A stretch of DNA of 64,000 nucleotides from Candidatus Roizmanbacteria bacterium (GTDB lineage: Bacteria; Patescibacteriota; Microgenomatia; UBA1406; HO2-37-13b). The position numbers and the translations under genes were made by a program. The notes below the pieces were generated by a model that was not told the origin of the DNA, ran no database searches, and saw nothing but the letters and a program-made list of their open reading frames with translations. Below, piece by piece: positions 9,984-19,046 of the stretch. The stretch covers positions 29,502-93,501 of the forward strand of contig JAYPGZ010000002.1 of the NCBI GenBank assembly GCA_038127095.1, written 5' to 3'. Position 1 is the first letter of the stretch. Each line of letters opens with the position of its first letter.

Positions 9984-10475
9984 ATGGCTTTTTATATGAC
10001 AAATTCTGATGTGTGTCCACAATGTGGATCAGCTTTAAACCCAGTCACCCAGACTAAAACGGGAAAATCGTTACGACGCTGTAGTGCCGGATCATGGAAT
10101 CCTGATACGAAAGAGGTGGACGGATGCTCCTACGTGCAATGGATAACTCCAGAACCTGAAACACTTGAAGAGAAGTGTCCGAAATGTAGTTCGCCACTTA
10201 TGTTAGTGGTAACCCGTTTTGGTAAGAAAATGAAAAAATGCTCAACCAACAAATGGGATCCGGAAACTAAAACAGCAAGCGGTTGTGATTATGTTGAATT
10301 TTTAGGAACAACCGTAGAAGAATTAGATGAAGACTGTCCTGACTGTGGTGAAAAACTTGTTATGAAAACCACATCAAATGGTAAACGTATGAAAGTATGT
10401 TCTACTAATAAATGGGATCCAAAAACAAAAATGGCCGTTGGTTGTGAATATATTGAATGGCAACCAATGCAATAA
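9984..10475 (+). CDS. stand-alone protein of three tandem topoisomerase-type C4 zinc-ribbon repeats
   Basis: Three repeats of about 50 aa, each CxxC-x17/18-C-x14-C (for example CPKCSSPLMLVVTRFGKKMKKCSTNKWDPETKTASGCDYVEF). Confidence 0.65.
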   Translation: MAFYMTNSDVCPQCGSALNPVTQTKTGKSLRRCSAGSWNPDTKEVDGCSYVQWITPEPETLEEKCPKCSSPLMLVVTRFGKKMKKCSTNKWDPETKTASGCDYVEFLGTTVEELDEDCPDCGEKLVMKTTSNGKRMKVCSTNKWDPKTKMAVGCEYIEWQPMQ

Positions 10476-10494
10476 GTTGTTATAATAAGCTTGT

Positions 10495-11169
10495 ATGCAG
10501 AAAGAGACAGGGCTTGCGGTTGGAATAATAGTTCTAGTATTGGCGGCAACTTTTTTCTTCTTGTGGCCTAAAACGTCACAAAATGAAACTAGTACCATAA
10601 GTGGTCTCAGTAATTCATCTACAGAGTCTCGCCAAATTGTTGAGGAAAATAACGATATGACAAAAACAAAACTAACGCCAAAAATGACAATCGATACAAA
10701 AAAAACGTATCAGGCAGTTCTTACAACTTCAGTTGGTAAGATTACTATTGATTTACATGCAAAGGCAACGCCTGTTACCGTGAATAATTTCGTAACATTG
10801 GCTAAAGATAAGTTTTACGATAAAACAATTTTTCATCGCGTAATTAATGGATTTATGATTCAGGGTGGTGATCCAACTGGAACAGGCATGGGCGGACCTG
10901 GATATAAATTTGATGATGAAAAGTTTGAAGGTGAATATGTGCGAGGCACAGTTGCAATGGCAAACGCTGGTCCAAATACCAATGGAAGCCAATTCTTTAT
11001 TATGCACGGAAATACGCCACTACCAAAAAATTATGTAATCTTTGGGACGGTAACAGAAGGGCTTGATACAGTTGATAAAATCGCAACAGCACCGGTAAAA
11101 CCTGGCGGAGAAGGATCTTCCCCGGTAGATCCGGTACAAGTAACTACAGCAGAAATTATCGAAAAATAA
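10495..11169 (+). CDS. peptidyl-prolyl cis-trans isomerase, cyclophilin type, membrane-anchored
   Basis: N-terminal TM helix followed by the cyclophilin core FHRVINGFMIQGGDPTGTGMGGPGY and GTVAMANAGPNTNGSQFFI. Confidence 0.9.
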   Translation: MQKETGLAVGIIVLVLAATFFFLWPKTSQNETSTISGLSNSSTESRQIVEENNDMTKTKLTPKMTIDTKKTYQAVLTTSVGKITIDLHAKATPVTVNNFVTLAKDKFYDKTIFHRVINGFMIQGGDPTGTGMGGPGYKFDDEKFEGEYVRGTVAMANAGPNTNGSQFFIMHGNTPLPKNYVIFGTVTEGLDTVDKIATAPVKPGGEGSSPVDPVQVTTAEIIEK

Positions 11170-11173
11170 TTAC

Positions 11174-11791
11174 GTGCGTATTGATTCATATCCACTCGGA
11201 CAACTACAGGCAAATTGCTATTTTTTAACGCAAGGAAGTGACTGTATTATTATTGACCCGGCTGATAGTGCCGACTTTATTCTAGAAAAAATTCAGCGGG
11301 AACGATTAAGCCTTGTTGCTCTCCTCGCTACTCATGGACACTTTGATCATATAATGGCGGTTGGCGAGATTCAATTATCGTATGATATTCCGCTATATAT
11401 TCATGATGAGGATTTATTTCTTGTAAAAAGATTAAATGAAACTGCAAAACATTTCCTTGGTTTTGATCCGGCAGCAATTCCTCCTAAAAGTACGCTCTCA
11501 CTTAGCTCGGGAGCGCTAAATGTTGGTAGTTTTGAGTTTGATATTATTCATACTCCTGGCCACACTCCCGGTAGTTGCTCAATATATGTGAAAGAAGAAA
11601 ATTCGGTATTCACCGGTGACACACTCTTTAAGCAGGGAATCGGGAGGTATGATCATTCATATAGCGACAAAAAAACACTCTTCAACTCTCTTAAAACGCT
11701 TTTTAAACTCCCCGAGGAAACGATTGTGTACCCAGGGCATGAAGATATTACGACGATTGGGGAAGAAAAGCTTGCTTTACAAATCTTTTAA
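11174..11791 (+). CDS. MBL-fold metallo-hydrolase (glyoxalase II-like)
   Basis: 205 aa from a GTG start. Contains the THGHFDH metal-binding motif and a later HTPGHTPGS. Confidence 0.85.
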   Translation: MRIDSYPLGQLQANCYFLTQGSDCIIIDPADSADFILEKIQRERLSLVALLATHGHFDHIMAVGEIQLSYDIPLYIHDEDLFLVKRLNETAKHFLGFDPAAIPPKSTLSLSSGALNVGSFEFDIIHTPGHTPGSCSIYVKEENSVFTGDTLFKQGIGRYDHSYSDKKTLFNSLKTLFKLPEETIVYPGHEDITTIGEEKLALQIF

Positions 11792-13120
11792 ACGTGCCAA
11801 CAGAGTTTCTCGTTCGTTTTTCAATGTTCCAGCAAATACTTCTGCAAACAATGAATCGAGTATTTCTCCTACTTTTGGTCCGGGTTTGAGCGATAGTTGT
11901 TCCATAACATCTTTCCCATTTATTTTTAAATCTTTCACCGCAAATGGTTCGTGTTGCACTTCTTCAAGGCGTTTTTTGAAAAGCTCGGTTCTCCACGAAG
12001 TTAATTTTGCTCCGCTCCCAAGCCGATCTGCAACGCGCAAATCAAGCGCGTCGAAAATATTTTCTTTTCCAACATTTCTAATAAATCGGCGAATGGCACT
12101 GTCGGTTTGTGTTTCAGAAACAGTAAACATGTGAAATCGAACAAGCGTTACCAATTTCTCTCGATCTTTCTTTGACAAACGAAGTCGTTGAGCAATTTCA
12201 TAAACCTGTGAAGCCCCTACGATTTCGTGATTGTAGAACGTAATCATTTGGGTGCGCTCATCTTTCGCATATGTTTTTGCTTTTCCTATATCGTGGAGTA
12301 ACGTAGCGAATCGAGTTATTACATTGTTTGATGGGCATAATCGTAGTGCTTCAACCAAATGAGTTCCAACGTCTACGGTATGATGTCGTCCCGGACTTAC
12401 TTGATCAACCCCAAAACAATCTTCAACTTCTGGAAGGATATATTTTAGTAATGTTGTGTCGTGGAGCATTAGGATTCCGTCTGCCGCTCTTGTGGAGCTG
12501 ATTATTTTAAACAATTCGTCGCGGATTCTTTCTCCGGAAATTTGAGTAATAAGTTCGGCATTTTTCTTAATTGAATCTAGAGTATCTGGAGCGATACTAA
12601 AACCAAGTTGAGTTGCAATGCGAACTGCTCGTATTAATCGTAACGCATCTTCAGAAAATCGATCGTCTGCATTTCCAACTGCCTTAATTATTTTTTTTTC
12701 AATATCCTGCTTTCCTTCATATGGATCAACCAGAAATTCTCCATCGTACGCAATTGCATTTACCGTAAAATCGCGTCGAGCCAGATCTTCCTCGACTGTT
12801 TTTGCCCATTCAATTTTATTTGGGTGGCGCTTATCGGTATATCCGCTTTCTTTACGATATGGAGTAACTTCAAATAGCATTCCTTTTTCTTTATCTTTAA
12901 CAACGGTTACGGTACCGTAGCTATTTTCATAAAAATGTTCAGGATACAGTTTTTGAATATCTTCCACCGAAGCGTTCGTAGTAAAATCCCAGTTAGTAAT
13001 GTCTTTTCCTAAAATTAAATCGCGAACCCCTCCGCCCACAACATACACCTCAAAGCCGTTTTTAGTAAAACCGCTCATGAATTCAATAATTTCTTTGGGC
13101 AAAATAAGTGGCGTTTTCAT
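11777..13120 (-). CDS. CCA-adding enzyme / poly(A) polymerase family tRNA nucleotidyltransferase with HD domain
   Basis: ATG at 13120 (MKTPLILPKEI...) is preferred to 13264. Contains VVGGGVRDLILG and RRDFTVNA NTase motifs and a C-terminal HD region (LLHDIGK). Confidence 0.8.
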   Translation of the reverse strand: MKTPLILPKEIIEFMSGFTKNGFEVYVVGGGVRDLILGKDITNWDFTTNASVEDIQKLYPEHFYENSYGTVTVVKDKEKGMLFEVTPYRKESGYTDKRHPNKIEWAKTVEEDLARRDFTVNAIAYDGEFLVDPYEGKQDIEKKIIKAVGNADDRFSEDALRLIRAVRIATQLGFSIAPDTLDSIKKNAELITQISGERIRDELFKIISSTRAADGILMLHDTTLLKYILPEVEDCFGVDQVSPGRHHTVDVGTHLVEALRLCPSNNVITRFATLLHDIGKAKTYAKDERTQMITFYNHEIVGASQVYEIAQRLRLSKKDREKLVTLVRFHMFTVSETQTDSAIRRFIRNVGKENIFDALDLRVADRLGSGAKLTSWRTELFKKRLEEVQHEPFAVKDLKINGKDVMEQLSLKPGPKVGEILDSLFAEVFAGTLKNERETLLARLKDL

Positions 13121-13139
13121 ACGGATTATTGTACTATAT

Positions 13140-14825
13140 ATGCCACGAATGAAACTCGCTATTAAAAGAACGCTCAAAAATCCTGTAGATCCAGACGCAA
13201 TAATCTCGTTATTACTCAAAGACAGAGGTCTTGAACATGATAAAACTTTTTTAAATCCTCCCAATCCAAACCTGATTGATTTTGCTACATTTTTTATGCC
13301 GGCATATTACAAAAAGCATTTGACTGCTACGCTTGGTGTTCTCAAGAGAGTAAAATATAATAATGAGACTATTATTGTTTACTGCGATTATGATGCCGAT
13401 GGCATTACCGGTGGGGCAGTTTTGTGGGAAACGCTCCACTTACTTGGATTTAAGGTTTTCCCTCATGTTCCCGATCGTAAGACAGAGGGATATGGATTTT
13501 CAAAAGTAGGTATTGATCTGGTTAAAGAAAAATATAATCCAACAGTAATCATATCGGTTGACCACGGAATTATGGGGCATAAAGAAATTACCTATGCAAA
13601 AACCCTGGGAATTGATGTGATAATCACCGATCATCATAGCAAATCAGAAACCGATCCTGCCGATGCGCTTGCCATTTTCCATACAAGTAAGTTGTCGGGA
13701 AGTGGTGTTGCGTATTTTTTTGCAAAGACTATTTTTGAAGAGCTTCGTGACATATCTGACGAACAGGCAAAAAAACATCTAGCTCAACATTTCCTCAATG
13801 ATTATCAGGCACTTGCCGCAATAGGAACGATCGCTGATTTAGTACCGCTTACTGGCGAAAGCAGAGCGGTGGTAAAACACGGACTCAAAGCACTTTCTAA
13901 GAGTTCTCGACCGGGTTTAAAACATTTATTTATAGATGCTGAAATTGCTGGACGCGATATGAGTCCGTATGACGTAGGATTTATTATTGCTCCTCGTATT
14001 AATGCATTTGGCCGACTTACACATGCTATTGACGCTCTTCGCATGTTGTGTACGGTATCGGAAAGTAAAGCAAGTGAGCTTGCAAAAAAATCGGGAACGG
14101 TGAATAAAGATCGACAAGCTCTGGTGGAAGTTGGAATCGAACAAGCGCTTAAACAAGTAAACGAAACGGATAAAATAATCATCGTTTCTTCGGCTGATTG
14201 GAACGAAGGAATTATTGGGCTTATTGCCTCAAAATTAGTTGAAAAATATTATCGCCCTGCAATAGTTTTGGCGATTTCTGATGGACATGCAAAAGCATCG
14301 GTACGCTCTATTTCCGGAATAGACATAACAGCCTTTTTACGAAAATATGAAGAGTACTTATTAAGTATTGGCGGACACGCTATGGCAGCAGGGCTTTCAA
14401 TCGAGGTAAAAAATTTGGAGAAATTCAAAAAGATAGTCTTGTCTGATGCAAAAAAAACTATTTCCGATGAAGAATTAATTCCCACTACCCAGGTAGATAT
14501 TGAAATTCCATTTGAACAAAATACGCTTTCGCTCGCACATGCTATCGAGGGCCTGTCTCCTTTTGGTGTAGGTAATCCATATCCGGTTTTTTTAACAACC
14601 GGACAAATAGTCGAAAAAAAACTACTTGGAAAAAATAGTGATCATTTAAAACTCATGATTAACAATGAAAATACGTTGCCAATTGAATGTATGTTCTTCA
14701 AGCAGGGAGCACTCTTCGACGAGTTAAAAGTAGGAGAGGTGAAAAAAATTGTTTATAAGCTCGAAATCAACCGCTGGAATGGGAGGGAGAAGGTGAACAT
14801 GATGGGGAAAATGATTATTGAGTAG
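13140..14825 (+). CDS. recJ: single-stranded-DNA-specific exonuclease RecJ
   Basis: DHH motifs (DYDADGITG, VIITDHH) and DHHA1 (GGHAMAAG). The start was moved from 12999 to ATG 13140 (or 13149) to clear the divergent cca-like gene. Confidence 0.85.
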   Translation: MPRMKLAIKRTLKNPVDPDAIISLLLKDRGLEHDKTFLNPPNPNLIDFATFFMPAYYKKHLTATLGVLKRVKYNNETIIVYCDYDADGITGGAVLWETLHLLGFKVFPHVPDRKTEGYGFSKVGIDLVKEKYNPTVIISVDHGIMGHKEITYAKTLGIDVIITDHHSKSETDPADALAIFHTSKLSGSGVAYFFAKTIFEELRDISDEQAKKHLAQHFLNDYQALAAIGTIADLVPLTGESRAVVKHGLKALSKSSRPGLKHLFIDAEIAGRDMSPYDVGFIIAPRINAFGRLTHAIDALRMLCTVSESKASELAKKSGTVNKDRQALVEVGIEQALKQVNETDKIIIVSSADWNEGIIGLIASKLVEKYYRPAIVLAISDGHAKASVRSISGIDITAFLRKYEEYLLSIGGHAMAAGLSIEVKNLEKFKKIVLSDAKKTISDEELIPTTQVDIEIPFEQNTLSLAHAIEGLSPFGVGNPYPVFLTTGQIVEKKLLGKNSDHLKLMINNENTLPIECMFFKQGALFDELKVGEVKKIVYKLEINRWNGREKVNMMGKMIIE

Positions 14826-15411
14826 GTCTCCATTGAAGCCATGTTTCTAAATGAGAATCAATATCGGCGAGCTGTTCGGATTTAGAAGGGTCGGCTAGGT
14901 ATTCAAGTATCTCAGGAAGTTCATCTGCGGGTTTAAGACCTGTGTAAAGCTCAGGATGTTGATTGTGCAAAGTCTCCGCAATTGGGTCTTGCTTAAGTAT
15001 GTTCAAGGCTGTATCGCGAAGCTCGCCATCTAAAGATGAGCGTAATACTCCAAGAGCAACTATACCCCTGCGCTTGGGTAATATTATAGTCGCGGGTTTT
15101 CTTATACCAGAATTCGCGGCTGCGGCATGCACTTGACGAGTTGTGTCGATAAATTGCTCAACCTCTCTGCGAGTTGTGGGTCGAGAAATGTGAGCTAGAG
15201 CCGAGGATAAAGGTATATTAAGCAAATAGACCATGGCTCCCAAATATGCTTGCTGGGAATATATTAGTATTAAGTCTCTAACTGCATGATGTTCGTAAAG
15301 CCTTCTTACATGTTCTGGATCCTTTAGACCTCTACTGTCAAGGATAGGAGGTGTAAAAGACAAATTAAATCTTTCGACTAATTGATATGCATCTAATTCT
15401 CTTTCTGCCAT
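14815..15411 (-). CDS. hypothetical protein (orphan)
   Basis: 198-aa ORF with non-repetitive composition. No family recognised. Its AUG is directly preceded by a U7 tract and a terminator-like stem. Confidence 0.45.
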   Translation of the reverse strand: MAERELDAYQLVERFNLSFTPPILDSRGLKDPEHVRRLYEHHAVRDLILIYSQQAYLGAMVYLLNIPLSSALAHISRPTTRREVEQFIDTTRQVHAAAANSGIRKPATIILPKRRGIVALGVLRSSLDGELRDTALNILKQDPIAETLHNQHPELYTGLKPADELPEILEYLADPSKSEQLADIDSHLETWLQWRPTQ

Positions 15412-15486
15412 AAAAAAAGCCCATCCAACATAATAAAACCTGTGTTTAAACAGGTTCGTTATTTAATAATAATGTGTTGGTATGGG
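15412..15486 (-). promoter_or_regulatory. terminator-shaped leader element (stem + U7) abutting the start codon of 14815..15411
   Basis: In the minus-strand RNA, 15486-15472 pairs with 15431-15420 (12-13 bp, one bulge). The stem encloses a 7-bp hairpin (15456-15450 with 15443-15437). UUUUUUU (15418-15412) follows, then the AUG. Confidence 0.5.
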
Positions 15487-15515
15487 TTTGTTGAGAACAT
15501 ATATCCTCGTATCAT

Positions 15516-15544
15516 AGTATATCAATTATGCTCCCTATTGTCAA
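15516..15544 (-). promoter_or_regulatory. sigma70-like promoter (minus strand)
   Basis: TTGACA (15544-15539), a 17-nt spacer, then TATACT (15521-15516). Confidence 0.5.
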
Positions 15545-15572
15545 TGTAGGCTTGAAACGATATAATGGGGGC

Positions 15573-16916
15573 ATGAAAAAAATTGCAATTTCTTCGCTTA
15601 CTGACAAAGTCGGGCAAGAAGTTACTCTCTACGGTTGGGCGTATCGAATTCGAAATCATAAAAAAGTAGTATTTATCGACCTTCGTGATGCTTCGGGCGA
15701 TGTGCAGGTTGTTGGAGGACCTGAACTTGCTACTGTTAATCCAGAAGATGTTGTTTGTATAAAAGGATTGGTTAAGGAGCGACCTGCTCATATGGTTAAT
15801 GAGAAAAGTGTTACGGGTACAATTGAGGTTGAATGCAGCGAATTTGAAGTAATTTCCAAAGCCCAAACGCTACCATTTGATTTTGCTAAAGACCAACTTG
15901 ATGTAACACTCCCTGTGTTGCTAGATTATCGATCACTTACGCTTCGACACCCACATGTTCGTTCTATCTTTTCTGTGCAAGAAGCTGTTATGGAAGGTTT
16001 TCGAAAGTCTGCGCAAGATTTGGGTTGTACCGAAGTCTTTGTTCCAACCATTTCATATTCATCAACTGAAGGGGGAGCGGAAGTATTTAAGGTAAATTAT
16101 TATGATCATGAAGCGTTTTTAGTGCAGAGCCCACAATTATATAAGCAAATAATGGTGCCTGTTTTTGAGCGAGTCTTTTTGGTTTCGCACGCGTATCGTG
16201 CAGAACCGTCTGTTACCACTCGACATCTTTCAGAATCTACACAACTCGATTGCGAATTGGGGTTTGTAGAGTTTGATGATTTGCTTGATGCTCTTGAGAC
16301 GGTTGGAAAAAAAACACTAGAACATGTTTCTGAAAAATGCGCTAAAGTATTAGCAGCAAATAACGTACAACCTCCACATTTTGGTAACAAGATTCCTCGA
16401 CTTACGCTACGGGAAGCACAGCAAGTTATATTTGAAAGAACAGGACGTGATAATCGAAATGAATTAGATTTAGAACCAGAAGATGAAAAAGAAATCTGTG
16501 CATGGGCATTGGAAAAACACGATAGTGATTTGGTAACAATAACTCATTTCCCAACGAGTAAACGGGCATTTTATACAAAACCCGATCCTAAAGATCCTTC
16601 ATATTCGCTTAGTTACGACTTGCTTTTTAGAGGAGTAGAGGTATTAAGCGGAAGCGCGCGTATTGAAAATTATGATGAACTTGTTGCAACCATAACAAAG
16701 CGAGGAATGAACCCGCAAGATTTCTCGCTGTACTTACAAGCATTTAAATATGGCATGCCCCCTCATGGAGGGTTTTCATTTGGACTTGAACGAATGACGA
16801 TGAAATTGCTAAACTTAGGAAACGTTCGCGAAGCTTCGTTGTTTCCTCGCGATATGGAACGAATTGATATTCGCTTAAGTACTGCTCACGATGAAAAAAA
16901 AGAAGATTCTCAATAA
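15573..16916 (+). CDS. aspS: aspartate--tRNA ligase, compact archaeal-type (possibly non-discriminating)
   Basis: ATG at 15573 (MKKIAISS...). N-terminal OB fold and class II motifs (YRAEPSVTTRHLSE, GGFSFGLERMTM), about 447 aa. Confidence 0.8.
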   Translation: MKKIAISSLTDKVGQEVTLYGWAYRIRNHKKVVFIDLRDASGDVQVVGGPELATVNPEDVVCIKGLVKERPAHMVNEKSVTGTIEVECSEFEVISKAQTLPFDFAKDQLDVTLPVLLDYRSLTLRHPHVRSIFSVQEAVMEGFRKSAQDLGCTEVFVPTISYSSTEGGAEVFKVNYYDHEAFLVQSPQLYKQIMVPVFERVFLVSHAYRAEPSVTTRHLSESTQLDCELGFVEFDDLLDALETVGKKTLEHVSEKCAKVLAANNVQPPHFGNKIPRLTLREAQQVIFERTGRDNRNELDLEPEDEKEICAWALEKHDSDLVTITHFPTSKRAFYTKPDPKDPSYSLSYDLLFRGVEVLSGSARIENYDELVATITKRGMNPQDFSLYLQAFKYGMPPHGGFSFGLERMTMKLLNLGNVREASLFPRDMERIDIRLSTAHDEKKEDSQ

Positions 16917-17838
16917 TACCGTAACGAGGCGAATATGGAACATGCTCATACTTGCATTGTTTTCACTCCTTTTACTATTTTATCCAGGCAATAATTACTA
17001 CTCGAACTTTTTTAGCTATAATCGAGAACTATTTGCTGTTCAACGAAAAATATCTGAGAAAGAAATCCGCCCCATTGTATTTGTAAAAAATCCACTGGTA
17101 GTTCCGAATATTTCTGCACAAGGGGCATATGTAATTGACGCAAACAGCGCAACGCCTGTTTTTGAAAAGAATAAAGATACCCATTTTTTTCCTGCATCAA
17201 CTGCTAAAGTAATCACTGCCCTTGTTGCATTAGATGTGTATAAACCGACCGATGTTTTAACTGTAAAAAGAGTAATTACCGAGGGGCAAGTTGTTGGACT
17301 TGTACAGGGAGAACAAATTCGCGTACAGGAATTACTATATGGACTGTTAGTGCATTCTGGTAACGATGTTGCGTATGTACTGGCAGATAATTATGGACCA
17401 GGTTACGATGCATTTATTTCGCGTATGAATGAAAAAGCCGCATCGCTGAGTATGAATAATTCTAACTTTACTAATCCTGCAGGTCTTGATGATCCTCGAC
17501 AATATTCTTCGCCATTTGATTTATCACTTGCAGGGCGCAAATTACTTCAAAATGAATTACTATCTACCATTGTTTCAACGCCCAGTATTACGATTTCCGA
17601 TGTAAATTTTGAGCATTTTCATGCACTTTCAAACGTTAATAAGTTACTTGGTAAAATCCCTGGCATAGGAGGATTAAAAACAGGGTACACCGAATCGGCT
17701 GGTGAAAATTTAATTTCATTTTATAAGCGTAATGGACATCAATTTTTAATTGTAATTATGAAAAGTGAAGATCGGTTTTTTGATACGGAATCGATTGTGC
17801 AGTGGATCGATACGAATGTAGGATTTATTTCTATCTAA
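16891..17838 (+). CDS. D-alanyl-D-alanine carboxypeptidase (S11 serine peptidase)
   Basis: SxxK (ASTAK), SxN (HSGND) and KTG (LKTGYT) motifs with an N-terminal TM anchor. The start could instead be the ATG at 16942. Confidence 0.8.
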   Translation: MKKKKILNNTVTRRIWNMLILALFSLLLLFYPGNNYYSNFFSYNRELFAVQRKISEKEIRPIVFVKNPLVVPNISAQGAYVIDANSATPVFEKNKDTHFFPASTAKVITALVALDVYKPTDVLTVKRVITEGQVVGLVQGEQIRVQELLYGLLVHSGNDVAYVLADNYGPGYDAFISRMNEKAASLSMNNSNFTNPAGLDDPRQYSSPFDLSLAGRKLLQNELLSTIVSTPSITISDVNFEHFHALSNVNKLLGKIPGIGGLKTGYTESAGENLISFYKRNGHQFLIVIMKSEDRFFDTESIVQWIDTNVGFISI

Positions 17839-17860
17839 AACTTATTTGTTAACCTATCCT

Positions 17861-17930
17861 GTCATCCCGAACTTGTTTCGGGATCTCAGTTATCAATGTA
17901 TCCGAGATTTCTCGCTACGCTCGAAATGAC
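17861..17930. repeat. REP/MITE-like palindromic element made of two inverted 27-nt hairpin units
   Basis: Unit A is GTCATCCCGAACTTGTTTCGGGATCTC (17861-17887). Unit B is GAGATTTCTCGCTACGCTCGAAATGAC (17904-17930). Each unit is itself a hairpin. The element lies between convergent genes. Confidence 0.5.
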
Positions 17931-17960
17931 AATCCAACTACTGAGGTTTAGAAGTAGTTT

Positions 17961-19007
17961 TTAATTCTTTACTGCAGGAACATACGCAGCAAAATTGTTA
18001 TCTCCTAAAAATACATACACTGGTTGAAAATAGGGTTGGTACGTATCTGGTTCAAAATATCCTAAAAACATTTTCTTTATTTTAATTGGATAACTATTTC
18101 CTCCCGGAGAAACAATCGTTCCTGAACCTGCAATAAATTCCTCCCATGCTTCATCGCCAGTTTTAATAGAATATGTACCAGTATTTGAATCGTCTTTTTC
18201 AAAGAACTTGATTTGAGCCTTTAAGACTTTAGGAGAAATACCGCTTAAGCTCATAACGACATAATTTTCAGAGTTAAAATATTTTGGAGAAACAATTGGA
18301 TAGCCTTCTTTTTCATCAAGCACATCGGGACCAAAAAAATCAATTTCTACCACATTTGCATCTTGTGGATTTTCTACAACTTCAAATTCTTTCAGATCGG
18401 TATTGTAGCGCATATATACAATGTGTTGAGTTCCTTGCGCAAGTTCATCTGGATACCGCCCAAGTTGCTGTAAGTAGCTTATTGCCCGATCTTTAATGGT
18501 TGGTTCATCGACAATTTGCGGATTAAGAAATATTAACGGAGACCGTTCATACGCATATTTATAGGAAAAGTTGAAATAGGTAATATCTATGCTTAATCGT
18601 GCAAATCCATCATCGAAAACGGCGGTTGTATCTTGCAATGTGTGCGGTGTGCGCTCGGTATTAAAACCGGCATTTTTTGCCATGGTGTAAATATTTTGCG
18701 AGTAACTAAATCGTGTAGATTTTGGCGGAATAAAAAATACCTGTGCAGAATCGGTGGCCGTTATGGGTTTACCTTCAATATTATCGAGCTCAAATGTTGC
18801 GCCGACTGGGTAGTCTAGTTTGTGTGTAAAAATTGGCGCGGGTAATGGTCCAAAGGTTGTGTTTAAAGCAGGAAGACTTTCAGCTGTTTCAGTAGGTTTG
18901 TTCATTGAAAACATAATGATCATAAAAAAAATCAAAAAAAATGCTCCGCATAAGATAATATAAGGAAGAGATTTGCGAGAATAATACGATAGCTCGGTTA
19001 ACGTCAT
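17961..19007 (-). CDS. hypothetical membrane-anchored protein
   Basis: 348 aa with one N-terminal TM helix and a large extracytoplasmic part. No family recognised. Confidence 0.5.
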   Translation of the reverse strand: MTLTELSYYSRKSLPYIILCGAFFLIFFMIIMFSMNKPTETAESLPALNTTFGPLPAPIFTHKLDYPVGATFELDNIEGKPITATDSAQVFFIPPKSTRFSYSQNIYTMAKNAGFNTERTPHTLQDTTAVFDDGFARLSIDITYFNFSYKYAYERSPLIFLNPQIVDEPTIKDRAISYLQQLGRYPDELAQGTQHIVYMRYNTDLKEFEVVENPQDANVVEIDFFGPDVLDEKEGYPIVSPKYFNSENYVVMSLSGISPKVLKAQIKFFEKDDSNTGTYSIKTGDEAWEEFIAGSGTIVSPGGNSYPIKIKKMFLGYFEPDTYQPYFQPVYVFLGDNNFAAYVPAVKN

Positions 19008-19046
19008 AGTTCAAATATACTTATTCCCGTGCTATAATTCAACCAT

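Noticed and set aside
11616-12134. 172-aa + strand ORF, and similar long ORFs antisense to conserved genes: 7362..7835 -, 26136..26618 -, 44921..45322 -, 45515..45955 -, 8938..9321 -.
   Set aside because: They lie entirely inside, and antisense to, genes with clear family motifs. Their products are low-complexity and they lack SD sequences.
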